A DNA stretch of 64,000 nt, taken from a virus. This document shows, piece by piece, positions 63,401 through 64,000 of the stretch. The position numbers and the translations under genes were made by a program. Positions within the stretch are counted from its first letter, which is position 1; each line of letters begins with the position of its first letter. Where the stretch lies: IMG/VR virus record IMGVR_UViG_3300045988_066710; one strand, written 5' to 3'. The notes beneath the pieces were generated by a model, which was not told the origin of the DNA, ran no database searches, and was given only the letters and a program-made list of their open reading frames with translations.

Positions 63401-64000
63401 CATATATTAGTATCAATAATTTCTACTAATTTTGCTATATCAATATCTAAATTTAATTCTCCTCTATTTACGCCAATTATTTCTGAAAAATTATAATCTA
63501 TTATACTAGGAGGAAAATAATTTCTTGTAGAGCCTAAATATATAGGAGAACTAAATCTTCCATTTCTATTCTGAAACTGAATAGCTACACCATACCATTC
63601 CATATATTTAAATCCTGCTACATCACTTTTACTTAATTGTCCTTCATAATTATAATAATCATTTTTTCCTTTATAAGATATACTAGTAGCTTTATATTTA
63701 AATTTTAAATTACTACCTAAAAGATTTCTTATATTAATAGCAGTTTCTTTAGATATATCATTGTTATTAATTGTGTAATTACCCATAAATAAAGTACCAT
63801 CTTTTTGTTCAAAAGTATTAGGACATATAGTATTACCTCCTAAATATAATAATTCTGTAGGGTCTATAATATCTCCTATAGAACCATTATCTATAAATGA
63901 TATGTCTGCTTCCCCTTCTGGGATAGAAGGTTCAGAAGGTGGTACAGTTATATCTCCTCCACCCTTAAATGATATATTCCATAAGGTATAATATCTCCAA
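60415..64000 (-). CDS. large tail/virion structural protein, 5'-truncated by the window edge
   Basis: The track starts this ORF at ATG 63786, but the same frame stays open without a stop from 63787 to 63999 (…GGDITVPPSEPSIPEGEADISFIDNGSIGDIIDPTELLYLGGNTICPNTFEQKDGTLF-MGNYT…). The true start therefore lies beyond 64000. The protein is beta-rich and N/Y/S/T-rich, like tail hub or fibre proteins. Confidence 0.7.
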   Translation of the reverse strand, partial: WRYYTLWNISFKGGGDITVPPSEPSIPEGEADISFIDNGSIGDIIDPTELLYLGGNTICPNTFEQKDGTLFMGNYTINNNDISKETAINIRNLLGSNLKFKYKATSISYKGKNDYYNYEGQLSKSDVAGFKYMEWYGVAIQFQNRNGRFSSPIYLGSTRNYFPPSIIDYNFSEIIGVNRGELNLDIDIAKLVEIIDTNIWVKARLLIVNPTNNLKTVLCQGIISSTVFNYRDRYNNTPFTMSSWRMTSLGKHLKALYGNSISWGEIQNIEFSKSPIIGGSTHTQIYIKCTIQLGHYRTIVVSENNIVLYDRSTSTIIKAKENLKNWNSSININEIPDDSWKNSATIHQEIEINGVDTIVNDFGECFAYDESLVTFNSPDIENQYNNINKNTKLRIIGILKSKPLFSNYLIQGNDLNDPSKGNVPTKNIKDFTSDLLWRDMDSSWDNLGNYDANKDWLFATYLWHRETSYSDNGIEKKNSNGNSRKVWSKPVKKIISNTRECATSYLRDSLSYIDNIEEINKFNYYELPIDDIKVITTNSDDIYKLNSNMGDSYIETLSYTSDVNKLFPSNNEYPIYGRQYYAYNEDFISDYITYDTIIVDDKAVTSKDPIRIKYKETPHAIISFGSKNNSTIKLPRMSIKHKSEIDRVGEDAVTRKLFWNTENNSYTKDFIWTKYINEYANYMNPTNIETNYFFYNANPSINDYYYLADLCVQDPDTSPYELSNGNESIISQYSFIPAGEAIKLTGETVSLRGNHGDTYYQRWDCLKTFPYSTDDKNQYIDITSFFVESRINLDGRYDKQRGLKYNLGVLNTNFNLINKSYTQRNNFFNYRQIEDEGVINFPNQITISKTKVLGEDVDSWTNVTLASVFDLDGDKGKLNAIRKINNDLYCFQDNGISRLLYNSRVQINTSDGVPIEIANSAKLQDKQYLSDSIGCQNKWAIKSTSQGIYFIDTYNSELYKINDKGITPISQNKFKNYFTQLSSNIWSPSLWNYENSSNFIDSIKLEYDSTTYDLYIVSRDTALAYNELLGEFTSFYDYGSTLYWVNLNDKSLQINKDGIYEAYKGNYGIIYNKYSFADIEFIVNSEFDLDKIFETVELTTSDIAKINNWKSDYYPFDTLEVSNEYQRGKNEASSINVKKKFRTWRWQIPRNSKKNEDGIITNRDRIRNMWAKIKLSKKYNSPLSIYDINVAYYS

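Noticed and set aside
1-64000. A CRISPR array, a diversity-generating retroelement (RT plus TR/VR pair), an integrase or att sites, and transposases.
   Set aside because: No regularly spaced direct repeats were seen. No reverse-transcriptase (YxDD) or tyrosine/serine recombinase motifs were recognised in any ORF. No long near-identical repeat pair was noticed by eye, though this cannot be excluded without a computational repeat search.

Overview
The window is AT-rich and densely packed, and it reads as a large part of a crAss-like (Crassvirales-type) podophage genome with a Bacteroidota host. All calls come from motif recognition by eye; no database search was run.

Layout:
- 1-10.9 kb (+): small early or accessory genes with several paralog families, plus one structured non-coding RNA locus.
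- 11-36 kb (+): replication, recombination and nucleotide-metabolism module. It holds an SF2 helicase, DnaB-like helicase, Sak4-like ATPase, DnaG-like primase, UDG-like protein, T7 endonuclease-I-like resolvase, PD-(D/E)XK nuclease, NrdD, two NrdG-like activases, dUTPase, family-B DNA polymerase, DUF3310, a Pnk-like kinase and ThyX.
- 36.1-49.1 kb (+): an operon for a giant virion-type two-barrel RNA polymerase protein and a 1311-aa companion protein.
- 49.2-64.0 kb (-): a convergent operon of very large virion or tail proteins (2240, 599, 870 and more than 1190 aa). The last gene runs off the window.

Most notable observations:
1. 18985-23606 has four clustered genes, in one direction but split by a terminator after the first. 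JAMM/MPN and ThiF/E1-like signatures are clear. They are preceded by a possible E2-like protein and a possible ubiquitin-like fusion protein. This Ubl-E2-JAB-E1 order matches, as I recall it, bacterial Bil-type ubiquitin-like conjugation operons.
2. A compact 248-nt ORF-less group I intron (all P/Q/R/S core elements and P1-P10 can be drawn) splits the giant RNAP gene about 41 codons upstream of its DYDVD catalytic motif.
3. A roughly 100-nt tRNA-like but non-canonical cloverleaf RNA with its own terminator lies between two paralogous genes.
4. Several atypical enzymes are present: a UDG-like protein with the catalytic Asp replaced, a membrane-anchored retropepsin-like protease, a primase with an SSB-like C-terminal tip, and a RecB-like nuclease motif set inside a 2240-aa virion protein.

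Bacteroidota-type promoters (TTTG ... TAnnTTTG) and strong hairpin terminators delimit the transcription units.
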